DNA of 64,000 nucleotides from an uncultured bacterium. GTDB lineage: Bacteria > Verrucomicrobiota > Kiritimatiellia > RFP12 > UBA1067. A program made the translations under genes and the position numbers. Positions 6,975 to 16,301 of this stretch are shown here, one piece after another. Within the stretch, counting starts at the first letter, position 1; each line of letters starts with the position of its first letter. The stretch lies in assembly GCA_902801025.1 (NCBI GenBank), contig CADCGZ010000010.1, positions 1,551 to 65,550 of the forward strand. Reading direction: 5' to 3'. Under the pieces are notes generated by a model that saw nothing but the letters and a program-made list of their open reading frames with translations, was not told the origin of the DNA and ran no database searches.

Positions 6975-9900
6975 ATGGATAGAATCGACATTGCGGCGCT
7001 TGCGGCGCTCGCGGCGCTTCCGGTCATGGCGGGTTCTGTCGTGGACTTGTCCGGCAAAGGCTGGACGTGCGAGCAGAACGGGGTGACGAAGGAGGTGTCC
7101 GTTCCGGCGGACGTCGAGGAGTACTTCGCGGACATGTCCGCGTACGCCGCGCCGAGGATCGACGCAAGCCAGCACGGATCGTGGATCGTCAGGCAGTGGC
7201 TCAAGTGCAAGGGCGAGTCGACATGGCGCAGGAAGTTCACCCTGAAATCCAAGCCGGCCGGCAAGCGCATCGTCCTCATGTTCGAGTCCACGAGGTATTT
7301 CGCCGACATCTTCGTGAACGGGAAGTTCGTGCACCACGACGAGGCTCCTGACACGCCGTACGAGGTCGACATCACGGACGCGGCGAAGTCAGGCGAGAAC
7401 GAACTCCTCGTCAAGATCGTCAACCCCGAAGGCGGCGACTACGACTGGCGGGACTTCAACACCTGCAAGTGGGAGGGCAAGCAAATCCCCGGCGGACGCG
7501 CAATGGGCGGACTCTCCGGACGCGTGAAACTCGACGTGCGCGACATCGTCTCGATCGACGACGTATTCGTCCAGAACACGCCGGCGATCAGCGAGGTCGA
7601 GGTGTTCGTGTCCATCACCAATGCGGGAACCAAGGCGGAAAAGCGTCTGGTCAGGCTCGAGGTGGAGCCCAAAGGCGTCGTATTCTCGAAGGAGATGACG
7701 CTCCAGCCGGGACTTACGGTCGTGAGCGAAAAGGCGTCCGCTCCGGAGGCGAAGCTCTGGGACCTCGATAATCCCAACCTCTACAATGCAGTCGCGACGG
7801 CCGGCGGCGAAACCTTCCGGCGCGAGTTCGGCTACCGCTGGATCGCGCCGGAGGGAATCGGGACCAACGCAGTCCTCCGGCTCAACGGAAAGCGAATAGT
7901 CGTCCGCACCGCCATCGGCTGGGGATGGTATATGGGAAGCGGAACCGTCCCGAGCGACGAAGACGCGCGCCGCGAAGTCGCGACGGCCAAGGCTCTCGGA
8001 CAGAACGGAATAAGCTTCCACCGGCACAACGGTCAGGAGAACATCCTCCGCGAGGCCGACCGCAACGGCCTTCTCATATACGCGGAACCAGGCGCCTTCC
8101 AGGGCGGCCGGCATTCGGATATCGGACGGCGCATAGCGCTGGAGCGCGTGCGCAGGTGGGTGAAGGCGTTCCGCAGCCATCCCTCGCTCTTCCACTACAA
8201 CCTCATCAACGAGTTCGGCGACACGTGCGACGACGCGACGCGCAAGTTCTTCCTTGACGGCGTGAGGCTCGTCCATGAGCTCGATCCTTCACGCACGGTG
8301 ACGCTCATGAGCGCGTGGGGCAAAGACGGCATCAACGTCAGGCATTTCCCGAAGACCCACATGCGCCCGTTCGATCCGGAGCTGTACGAGTCCGGCTGGC
8401 GCGACTCCCATCGCGCAGGCGGACCGGTGATCGGCTGGAGCGCCGGAGCGTACCGCAACAAGGACGCGTACAACAACAGGTCCTCGAACCTCGAGGAGAT
8501 AGTGTACTGGGGCGAGGAGAGTGCCTTTACGGCTCCGCCGCGGCTGCAGCTCATCGTCGACGAACTTGACCGCCGCGGGCGCGACGGAACGGACGGCAGG
8601 GTGTTCCGCGTCTGGGCGGACATGGTGAACAAGTACCTCGACAGAAAGGGGCTGCGGGGGACGTATCCCACGCTCGACGCTTTCTGCCTCGACCTCGGGC
8701 GGCAGAGCCTGTTGCACCAGGGCCGCAACATCGAGCTAGTCCGGATGGACGACGTTGCGGACGGCTACGCAATCAACGGCTGGGAGTCGATGGTCGTGGA
8801 GAACAACTCCGGCATCGTCGACACGATGCGCAATCCCAAGGGCGAGCCGAAGTGGCTTGCCAAGTACAATGCTCCGCTCAAACTCTGCGTGAATTCCAAC
8901 CAGTCGAGGGTGAGAAAGGGCCAGAACATTTCGGTGGACGTCCACATAATCAACGAGGTCGACCTCAAGGGGCCCCAGAAACTCGTCGTGGAGCTGTGGA
9001 ATCTCGAGGGCGGGGAACGCAAACTCGCCGAGGAGCGGCGCGACGTCTCGGTGACTGGCGGAGAGCGCTTCGGGGAATTCCTCTCCGAAAAGATATCGTT
9101 CAACGTTCCGTTCGCCGGCGAGGGCGAGGTGCGCGCGCACCTGGAAGGCGTGAAGGATGCGACGGGCGACTTCCCGTTCACTTCGTTCGACCTCGCCATT
9201 CCCGAATTCCCCGCCGGATACAAAATCGCCGTGGCCGAGGCTGGAGACACCATTCTCAAATGGCTCCGCGGACAGAAGCTTCCGTGCGAAACCTACAAGC
9301 CCGGAGTAAAGGCCGACGTCGTGATCGTCTCCCGCCCGCCCGGCGCGCTGCCGGCGGTTCCGGACGCACAAAGCCTCGTTGGACAGCGCGGCACGCCGGG
9401 CGTGGTCGACGTCAGGTGGTACGTGGGCGAGAAGCTGGCGGCGGAGGATACCCGGAATTCTCTCGAAGTGGAATTTCCGCAGGGGGTTCCGCCCGCGAAA
9501 GGCGTAGATCTTACGACCGGTTATTCCGTCTGCGTCGCTGGCTGCTACGTCGCGAGGTGGGACGGACGCTACCGCTTCAGGATCGAAGGGCCCGACCGCA
9601 ACGCCGACATGCTAAAGTTCTTCTGGAACGGCGATGACGTGAAGTTCGACAGCGACGGCTACATGTCGGTTGAACTCAAGGCGGGAGATTCGATTCCGTT
9701 CTACATTACCATGACACAGCGGCGCGCGAAGAAACTGAGCGTCATCGCCGAGACCCCGGAGCCGGTCGAGGACTTTAATCCCGACGAGCTTGTCGCATGC
9801 GCAAAGAACGACGGCGCGCGGGTCGTGTTCGTCGACAACGTCAAGGTGTGGATGCCTGTTGTCGCAGACATGGTCGGCGTCAAGTACGACGGATGGTTCC

Positions 9901-10232
9901 ATATCGGGCAGAGCTGGCTCGGCGGCGCGTTCTTCACGAAGAAAGGCGATCCTCTCCTGGCGGGCTTCCCCGCAGGAGCCGTCAACGAGGCCTACGAGGA
10001 GATTGCCGGGCACGGCAGCCGCTACGGACTCTTCCTCGAAGGCGAGGATCTCGCGATGGGAGCGTGGCAGTGCGAGAACTGCAAACTCGGCACCGTCGTG
10101 GGACGCATTCCCTGCGGCAAGGGCGAGGTTGTCGTTTCCACGCTGAATCTGGTCAAAAGCCTCAATACATACGGCGGCACGCGCTATTTCTACAATCTTC
10201 TCACGCGCTCCGGCGCCGTTTCGCGCAAGTAA
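6975..10232 (+). CDS. Exported GH2-family glycosidase with C-terminal PA14-like domain
   Basis: SD AAGGAG at 6961-6966 and a signal peptide. GH2 sugar-binding block RIVLMFESTRYFADIFVNGKFVHHDE..YEVDIT. Candidate catalytic Glu motifs NLINEFGD and YWGEESAF. PA14-like block GRYRFRIEGPD..FFWNGDDV. Confidence 0.8.
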   Translation: MDRIDIAALAALAALPVMAGSVVDLSGKGWTCEQNGVTKEVSVPADVEEYFADMSAYAAPRIDASQHGSWIVRQWLKCKGESTWRRKFTLKSKPAGKRIVLMFESTRYFADIFVNGKFVHHDEAPDTPYEVDITDAAKSGENELLVKIVNPEGGDYDWRDFNTCKWEGKQIPGGRAMGGLSGRVKLDVRDIVSIDDVFVQNTPAISEVEVFVSITNAGTKAEKRLVRLEVEPKGVVFSKEMTLQPGLTVVSEKASAPEAKLWDLDNPNLYNAVATAGGETFRREFGYRWIAPEGIGTNAVLRLNGKRIVVRTAIGWGWYMGSGTVPSDEDARREVATAKALGQNGISFHRHNGQENILREADRNGLLIYAEPGAFQGGRHSDIGRRIALERVRRWVKAFRSHPSLFHYNLINEFGDTCDDATRKFFLDGVRLVHELDPSRTVTLMSAWGKDGINVRHFPKTHMRPFDPELYESGWRDSHRAGGPVIGWSAGAYRNKDAYNNRSSNLEEIVYWGEESAFTAPPRLQLIVDELDRRGRDGTDGRVFRVWADMVNKYLDRKGLRGTYPTLDAFCLDLGRQSLLHQGRNIELVRMDDVADGYAINGWESMVVENNSGIVDTMRNPKGEPKWLAKYNAPLKLCVNSNQSRVRKGQNISVDVHIINEVDLKGPQKLVVELWNLEGGERKLAEERRDVSVTGGERFGEFLSEKISFNVPFAGEGEVRAHLEGVKDATGDFPFTSFDLAIPEFPAGYKIAVAEAGDTILKWLRGQKLPCETYKPGVKADVVIVSRPPGALPAVPDAQSLVGQRGTPGVVDVRWYVGEKLAAEDTRNSLEVEFPQGVPPAKGVDLTTGYSVCVAGCYVARWDGRYRFRIEGPDRNADMLKFFWNGDDVKFDSDGYMSVELKAGDSIPFYITMTQRRAKKLSVIAETPEPVEDFNPDELVACAKNDGARVVFVDNVKVWMPVVADMVGVKYDGWFHIGQSWLGGAFFTKKGDPLLAGFPAGAVNEAYEEIAGHGSRYGLFLEGEDLAMGAWQCENCKLGTVVGRIPCGKGEVVVSTLNLVKSLNTYGGTRYFYNLLTRSGAVSRK

Positions 10233-10249
10233 AGAAAGGAGAACGAAAC

Positions 10250-10801
10250 ATGAAATTCCGCAAAGCAGTTCTTTCCGCGTTGATTGCCGCCGCAGCCTCT
10301 GCGGCGGCGGCGGACCAGGCCTCGCCGCGCCTCATCGGGCGCTTTTTCAGCGAGAAGAGCTCCCGGGAGGAGCACAGGCTCGGCATCGCCGCGTTCGCGG
10401 ACATAGACCTTTCCGGCGAGAGCGAGGATTCGCTTGAACTCGCCGGGGAGATCAGGGTCGATTGTCTGCATCCGAATGCGCCCAAGGACTCCGCCTGGAT
10501 GAAAAAGATATGCAACGGCAGGTTCTCCATCGCCGGGACGGACGGCAAGGACATTCAGGTCGCGCCGATGGGGTGCGGCATCGGCGTGCTCGCCGGATGC
10601 GACAAGGCCGACGAGTGGTTTCCCGTCAGCCTCAAGATCCCCCTGTCGCAGCTGAAAGGCTCGAGGATCACTAAACTCGAATTATTCATGTACAACGACA
10701 CCGCGGCGTACGCGCAGCATGCGGACGACGGCAACAAGTGGAACAACGGTTCCGGAATAAAGCTGCGTGCGCGCAATTTCCGCGTGCAGTCGGTCAGGTA
10801 A
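10250..10801 (+). CDS. Small secreted protein of unknown function (HPNAPKD / DGNxWNN domain)
   Basis: ATG at 10250 follows SD AAAGGAG. Signal peptide MKFRKAVLSALIAAAASAAAA. The mature part is homologous to the last ~165 aa of the 1432-aa GH3 (CLHPNAPKD, KIPLSQL, DDGNKWNNGSGIK). Confidence 0.6.
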   Translation: MKFRKAVLSALIAAAASAAAADQASPRLIGRFFSEKSSREEHRLGIAAFADIDLSGESEDSLELAGEIRVDCLHPNAPKDSAWMKKICNGRFSIAGTDGKDIQVAPMGCGIGVLAGCDKADEWFPVSLKIPLSQLKGSRITKLELFMYNDTAAYAQHADDGNKWNNGSGIKLRARNFRVQSVR

Positions 10802-10824
10802 AGTTAACTGGGTGCCATTTTCTT

Positions 10825-10833
10825 TGGTATAAT
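10825..10833 (+). promoter_or_regulatory. Extended -10 promoter (TGGTATAAT) upstream of the oxidoreductase unit
   Basis: TGGTATAAT lies at 10825-10833. A ~30-nt leader with GGGGATCGGAGAG precedes the ATG at 10872. No direct-repeat operator is present in register. Confidence 0.45.
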
Positions 10834-10871
10834 GCTGCCATAAACTAAAAAAAGGGGATCGGAGAGTCCAC

Positions 10872-12185
10872 ATGACAAACACGACAAGAAGGCAGTTCAT
10901 CGCTTCCGCCGCGGCGGCGGGTGTGATGGCGAAGCTCGGTGTCGCCGCGCCGTCGGCTCGGCAGGGCAGGCTCGTGAAGGGCCGCAAGATCAACATTGCG
11001 TGCGTGGGATGCGGCGGAAAGGGCGCGGATGACGTGCGCCAGTTCTCGGGCGAGAACATCGTCGCGCTCTGCGACGTCGACCTCGCGCGCGCCTCGCAGG
11101 CGGTGCTTGCGCATCCGAAGGCGAAGCTCTTCCGCGACTGGCGCGAGATGCTCGCCGTGATGGACGGCGAGATCGACGCTGTCGTCGTTTCCACGCCCGA
11201 CCACATGCACTTCCCGATAGCTCTTCGCGCAATCGAGCTGGGCAAGCACGTGTACGTGCAGAAGCCGCTCACCCATACCGTCAAGGAGGCGCGTCTGCTG
11301 CTCGAGGCCGCGCGCCGCCACAACGTCGTGACGCAGATGGGCAACCAGGGTCACTCGAACGAGAGCACGCGCCTTTTCAAGGAGATGCTCGATGCGGACG
11401 CGATAGGCGACGTCACGGAGGTCAAGATATGGACGAACCGCCCGGTATGGCCGCAGGACAAGGAGCTGCCCAAGGGCGAAATGGCCGTTCCGGCGACGCT
11501 CGACTGGAACCTCTGGCTCGGCGTCGCTCCGTGGCGTCCGTACAACCGCGCCTACATGCCGTTCGACTGGCGCGGATGGTGGGACTACGGCTCGGGCGCG
11601 ATCGGCGACATGGGCTGCCACACGATGGACGCGGCTTTCTGGGGACTCCAGCTCGGCGCGCCCGAGAGCGTCTCCGCCGAGGTCGTCGGAGGAAGCGAGT
11701 TCTCGTGTCCGAAGGGCTCTGTAGTCACCTACAAGTTCCCGGCGCGCGGAAAGCGTCCGCCTGTGACGCTGAAGTGGTATGACGGATGCTGCAAGCCCGA
11801 GCGGCCGGCGGTTCTGCCCGAAGGTGAGCCGATGCCGGGCTCTGGACAGCTGTTCACCGGGACGAAGGGCTTCATCTTCTGCCCCGGCGACTACTGCGAC
11901 TCGGCGAGGCTTCTCCCGAAGAGCCTTGCGGACTCGTTCAAGCGTCCGCCGAAGACGCTCCCGCGCATTGTGAACGGGCACTACCAGAACTGGCTGGACG
12001 GAATACGCGGCGTCGTTGACGCGCCGTGCTCGAACTTCGAGCATGCGGTCCCGCTCACTGAAATCGCGCTCCTCGGCGCAGTCGCGGTGCGCGCCCGCGG
12101 TTCGTTCAAATGGGACGCGGCGGCGCTCAAGTGCGACAATCCCGACGCGCAGCGCTACATCTCGAAGGTGTACCGCATGTTCTGA
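10872..12185 (+). CDS. Tat-exported Gfo/Idh/MocA-family oxidoreductase
   Basis: Twin-arginine signal MTNTTRRQFIASAAAAGVMA. Rossmann block INIACVGCGGKGADD..ENIVALCDVD. Further blocks STPDHMHF and YVQKPL. Confidence 0.85.
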   Translation: MTNTTRRQFIASAAAAGVMAKLGVAAPSARQGRLVKGRKINIACVGCGGKGADDVRQFSGENIVALCDVDLARASQAVLAHPKAKLFRDWREMLAVMDGEIDAVVVSTPDHMHFPIALRAIELGKHVYVQKPLTHTVKEARLLLEAARRHNVVTQMGNQGHSNESTRLFKEMLDADAIGDVTEVKIWTNRPVWPQDKELPKGEMAVPATLDWNLWLGVAPWRPYNRAYMPFDWRGWWDYGSGAIGDMGCHTMDAAFWGLQLGAPESVSAEVVGGSEFSCPKGSVVTYKFPARGKRPPVTLKWYDGCCKPERPAVLPEGEPMPGSGQLFTGTKGFIFCPGDYCDSARLLPKSLADSFKRPPKTLPRIVNGHYQNWLDGIRGVVDAPCSNFEHAVPLTEIALLGAVAVRARGSFKWDAAALKCDNPDAQRYISKVYRMF

Positions 12186-12211
12186 GGAACGGACACGAAA
12201 GGATCTATGAA

Positions 12212-13561
12212 ATGAAAAGGCTTGTTTTCTGTTTTGCGCTCGCCGGATCGCTTTCCGCGCTTGCCGCCGACCTGAGGCTCTCGCTCCAGGCGTACACGTT
12301 CCGCGACCGCTCGTTCGTCGAGACGGTCGAGACGGCCGCTCGCCTCGGCTACACGAACATCGAGGCGTATCCCGGCCAGCGCCTCGGCGGCGGCATGGAG
12401 GGGTCGACCGACTACCACATGAAGCCCGAGACCTTCGCTCAGCTGAAGGAATATCTCGCCAAGGCCCCCGTCAAGGTCGTCTCGTACGGAGTAACCGGTG
12501 CCGGCGGGGACGACGAATGGCGCAGGCTGCTGACGTTCTGCCGCGACCTCGGCATCGAGATCGTGCAGATCGAGGTCGGGCCGGACCACAACCGCCTCGT
12601 GCACATCGCGTCGCTCGCGAAGGAGTACGGCGTGCGCGTCGGACTCCACAACCACCGGCAGGAGCCCGGACGCCCGGAGAAGGTCCTTGCTGCGCTCGGC
12701 GACTGCGATCCGATAGTGGGCTCGAGCGCGGACATCGGGCATTGGCACAACTCGGGCGTCGACCCGGTCGAAGGCGTCAAGGCGCTCAAGGGACGCTTCC
12801 ACAGCATCCACGCGATCGACTCGTCGGCGAAGCAGGGCGGAAAGGACGTCGCGCTCGGGTCAGGCGTCATGGACGTCAAGGCTGTGCTCGATCTCCTCAA
12901 GGAGAACGAGAAGGGCGTCGTGTATGTCACCGTCGAGGACGAGTGGCAGCATGCGGATCTTGAGGAGGCCGTCGCGGCGAGCGCGCGCTGGTTCAAGGCG
13001 TGGGAGCGCGGCGAGCTGACACCGTGCGGACGCATCGGGGTTTCGTCGATTGATTCCCTCTGGAAGGACGTCGACGGGAAGAATCCGCTTCTTTGGGACG
13101 TTTCCATCGTCGGAGGGGAAAACATCGAGGAGAAGGTTTCGCAGATGCGCAAAATCGGCCTTGAGGAAGGCTCGCTCAAGTCCGACGAGAAGGGCATGAA
13201 CGACCGTGAGGACGTCGCGAGCGCGTTCGCGGGCGAAGACGCGAAGTTCTGCCGTCCGTGGAAGGAGAAGGCGTACGTATCCTGCCGCACGACGTTCCTC
13301 GTTGCGGCGAACTACTACACCGTCGCGTCGGCGAACGACGATCCGGGGCGCGATCCAGTGTCGTGGGTGCTCTACGGTTCTAAGGACGGCGGACCGTGGG
13401 TCGAGCTCGACAGGCGCGAGAACCAGAAGTTCCCGCTCAGGAAGCAGCTTCGCGGATACGAGATCAAGAATCCGCAGATGTCCCGCGACTACAAGATCGA
13501 GTTTCTCAAGAACAACGGCGGTAAACTCATCCAGTTCAGCCGCGTCGCGTTCTACGAATAG
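12212..13561 (+). CDS. Secreted xylose-isomerase-like TIM-barrel (sugar phosphate isomerase/epimerase fold) protein fused to a discoidin/F5-8-type-C-like domain
   Basis: Signal peptide MKRLVFCFALAGSLSALAA. TIM-barrel blocks LRLSLQAYTFRDRSFVETVETAARLGYTNIE...GLHNH. C-terminal block YTVASANDDPGRDPVSWVLYGSKDGGPWVELD...IQFSRVAFYE. Confidence 0.75.
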   Translation: MKRLVFCFALAGSLSALAADLRLSLQAYTFRDRSFVETVETAARLGYTNIEAYPGQRLGGGMEGSTDYHMKPETFAQLKEYLAKAPVKVVSYGVTGAGGDDEWRRLLTFCRDLGIEIVQIEVGPDHNRLVHIASLAKEYGVRVGLHNHRQEPGRPEKVLAALGDCDPIVGSSADIGHWHNSGVDPVEGVKALKGRFHSIHAIDSSAKQGGKDVALGSGVMDVKAVLDLLKENEKGVVYVTVEDEWQHADLEEAVAASARWFKAWERGELTPCGRIGVSSIDSLWKDVDGKNPLLWDVSIVGGENIEEKVSQMRKIGLEEGSLKSDEKGMNDREDVASAFAGEDAKFCRPWKEKAYVSCRTTFLVAANYYTVASANDDPGRDPVSWVLYGSKDGGPWVELDRRENQKFPLRKQLRGYEIKNPQMSRDYKIEFLKNNGGKLIQFSRVAFYE

Positions 13562-13609
13562 TCAATGGCCCACGCTTCGCGCGGGGATGTAAATAAAGAA
13601 AATGCAGAA

Positions 13610-16270
13610 ATGAAAATGACATTGTTGGTGTGCGCAGTTGTTGCGCATTGTGCGCCAATTGCCTCCTTATCGTCCTTTGCGGGGGTGTTCCAAGAGCGCG
13701 AGGCGCTGACCGTGACGGGCGAGTGGACGATGGGAAGGGAGTCTGCGCTCTCCGTGTCCGGACGCGCCGTCTCGTCGGCGGGGTTCGACGATTCCAAGTG
13801 GCTCCCGGCCAAGGTGCCGGGGACCGTCTTGGACAACATGGTCCGCAACGGACTCCTCCCCGACCCGTACTATGGCATCAACAACCGCCGCAAGCTCAAG
13901 ACGATCCCCGACCTCAACGACGTAGAACCGGAATACTACACCGCGTGGTTCCGCACGACGTTCGACGTGCCCGCGGACTACAAGGGCAAGAACGTGTGGC
14001 TCGCCCCAGAGGGCATCAACTACCGCGGCGAGATATGGATCAACGGACAGGCCGTCGGCAAGACGGCCGGCATGTTCAGGCGGCAGGTGTTCGACGTGAC
14101 GGATTTCATCAAGCCTGGAGAGAAGAACGTCATCGCAGTTAAGGTGTCGCCGGTCGACATCCCTGGCGATCCGCATCCGCAGGCCAACGGCAAGACGTGG
14201 GGCGCGACGGGCGAGTGGCGCAACGGCGGCGACGGGCAGATCGGCAAGAACGTGACGATGCTCATGTCCATCGGCTGGGACTTCACGTTCTCGGACGGAA
14301 TCCGCGACCGCAACACCGGCATCTGGCGTCCGATCAGGCTCTTCGCGACCGGCCCCACGCGCCTCGCCAATCCGTTTGTCCGCACGAAGTTCCTCGATCC
14401 CGCCCACAAGCAGGTTGAGATTGTCGCCGACATCGAGGTCGACAACTATGCGGGCCGCAGGGGCATGGGCCAGTTCATCGAGTTCACGGTCGAGGGCACG
14501 AGCATAAAGCAGCGCACCCACATCGGCGTGAACCGCGGCGAATACGGCATGCGCACGTTCAAGGTCAAGCTCGACAATCCGAAGCTCTGGTGGCCGCGCA
14601 ACAAGGGCGAGCAGAACCTGTACACCGCGGTGTTCACGTCCTACTGCGACCAGAAGGGGCGCGAGAACGAGGTCTACGACCAGGTGAAGGTGCGCTTCGG
14701 CGTACGCGAAATCACGAGCGACGGCGGGAAGGGCCCCGACGGCAAGGAGCGCGACCGCCAGTTTTACGTGAACGGACGCAAGATGTTCGTGCGCGGCACG
14801 AACTGGATTCCCGAGGCGATGCTGAAGTCGGACGACGCGCGCATGGAGGCGGAGATACGTCTCCTCGCAGAGTCGGGCGTAAACTTCGTCCGCCTCTGGG
14901 GCGGCGGCATCATCGAGAGCGACTACTTCTACGACCTCTGCGACAAGTATGGACTCGTCGTGTGGCAGGAGTTCTTCATGACGGGCGACACGGCGCATCC
15001 GCAGGACCGCGAGCTCTACCTCGCGAACGTCGCGGACTCCGTGAAGCACATACGCAACCACGCTTCGCTCGGGCACTACGTCTGCTCCAACGAGTCCTCC
15101 GAGACGCCCGGCATCCGCGAGCTCATCGCGAAGCTCGACCCGACGCACGCCTACATGCCTTCCTCGGAGACGTTCGGCGTCCACGACGGCAGCCCCTACA
15201 AGATCGTGAACCCCATGCGCTACTACGAGGACACGGCGTCCGACCGCGGCAGCCGCGCGTACGGCTTCAACCCCGAGTACGGCACGTGCGCGCTTCCGGA
15301 CGCGGAGTACCTCCGCACGTTCATGCCAGAGAAGATGCTATGGCCGATGGACCGCGAGGCGTGGCGCTACCGCGAGGGCGGCGGTTTCGACGACATGACG
15401 ACGGTTCACGACGTGATGGTGAACGCCTACGGACGCTCCAAGTCGATCGACGAATACTGCCGCAAGTCCGAGGCCGTCGACGCGATGAACCATCGTGCGC
15501 TCTGGGAGGTGTGGAACCGCGCCTCCGCAACGCGCAAGGCGACGGGAGTTCTCTTCTGGTACGCGAACACGCCTGTGCCGAAGATCGGCTCGCACGCGTG
15601 GGACCACTCGCTCGGGCTCACCTCCGCCTTCTTCGCGCAGAAGAGCGCGCTCGCTCCGCTCCATGCGCAGTTCGACTACCTCGACAACATGGTGTCCGTC
15701 ATGAACGACACGGTCTCCGACAGGTCGGTCGAAGTCGTCGCGCAGGTCTACGACTTCTCCTCGCGCAAGATCGCCGAGAAGAAGGTGTCCGCCAAGGCCC
15801 CCGCCGAGACTTGCACCGACCTCTTCGCGATCGAGCTTCCGGCGGAGCTCACGCCGATCCACTTCATCAGGCTCGCGCTTCTCGAGAACGGCAGGGAGAT
15901 CGACTCGACCGTGTACTGGCGCTCGACGAGCAAGTACACTGGGCCTAAGAAGATGGACGGTCCGACGACGGCTGGATTCGAGACGATGGACAGCCTGCCG
16001 AAGACAAAGCTCTCCGCCAAGGCGGCCCCAGCAAAGGGCGGAACGCTCGTAACCGTCCGCAACGACGGCAAAGGCATCGCTTTCATGGTAAAGCTCCTCG
16101 CCCGAGACGCGAAGGGCCGCAACCTGAAGCCGACGTTCTACTCGGACAACTGGTTCTCGCTGATGCCCGGCGAAACGAAGCAGGTCCTCGTCGAGCCACC
16201 GACCGGCGCTGCGTCCTGGACAGCCGAGGCGTGGAACGCGCCCCGCGTCACGGGTAGTCTGCGGAATTGA
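13610..16270 (+). CDS. Exported GH2 glycosidase (beta-mannosidase / exo-glucosaminidase-like)
   Basis: Start trimmed to MKMTLLVCAV. Blocks WLPAKVPGTVLDNMVRNGLLPDPYYGINN and NVWLAPEGINYRGEIWINGQAVG. WGGGIIESDYFYDLCDKYGLVVWQEF is typical of this GH2 subgroup. Confidence 0.8.
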   Translation: MKMTLLVCAVVAHCAPIASLSSFAGVFQEREALTVTGEWTMGRESALSVSGRAVSSAGFDDSKWLPAKVPGTVLDNMVRNGLLPDPYYGINNRRKLKTIPDLNDVEPEYYTAWFRTTFDVPADYKGKNVWLAPEGINYRGEIWINGQAVGKTAGMFRRQVFDVTDFIKPGEKNVIAVKVSPVDIPGDPHPQANGKTWGATGEWRNGGDGQIGKNVTMLMSIGWDFTFSDGIRDRNTGIWRPIRLFATGPTRLANPFVRTKFLDPAHKQVEIVADIEVDNYAGRRGMGQFIEFTVEGTSIKQRTHIGVNRGEYGMRTFKVKLDNPKLWWPRNKGEQNLYTAVFTSYCDQKGRENEVYDQVKVRFGVREITSDGGKGPDGKERDRQFYVNGRKMFVRGTNWIPEAMLKSDDARMEAEIRLLAESGVNFVRLWGGGIIESDYFYDLCDKYGLVVWQEFFMTGDTAHPQDRELYLANVADSVKHIRNHASLGHYVCSNESSETPGIRELIAKLDPTHAYMPSSETFGVHDGSPYKIVNPMRYYEDTASDRGSRAYGFNPEYGTCALPDAEYLRTFMPEKMLWPMDREAWRYREGGGFDDMTTVHDVMVNAYGRSKSIDEYCRKSEAVDAMNHRALWEVWNRASATRKATGVLFWYANTPVPKIGSHAWDHSLGLTSAFFAQKSALAPLHAQFDYLDNMVSVMNDTVSDRSVEVVAQVYDFSSRKIAEKKVSAKAPAETCTDLFAIELPAELTPIHFIRLALLENGREIDSTVYWRSTSKYTGPKKMDGPTTAGFETMDSLPKTKLSAKAAPAKGGTLVTVRNDGKGIAFMVKLLARDAKGRNLKPTFYSDNWFSLMPGETKQVLVEPPTGAASWTAEAWNAPRVTGSLRN

Positions 16271-16301
16271 CATGATTTAGTACAAGGAGGTAAAGCTGAA
16301 C

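Noticed and set aside
9797-10249. 5' extension of the small secreted protein ORF (track 9797-10801), and similar extensions at 12110-12211, 13565-13609, 24882-24908 and 50378-50620.
   Set aside because: The extensions overlap upstream genes or run through promoters and terminator-like sequence. Internal ATGs give canonical signal peptides, usually with an SD or an exactly placed -10 box.
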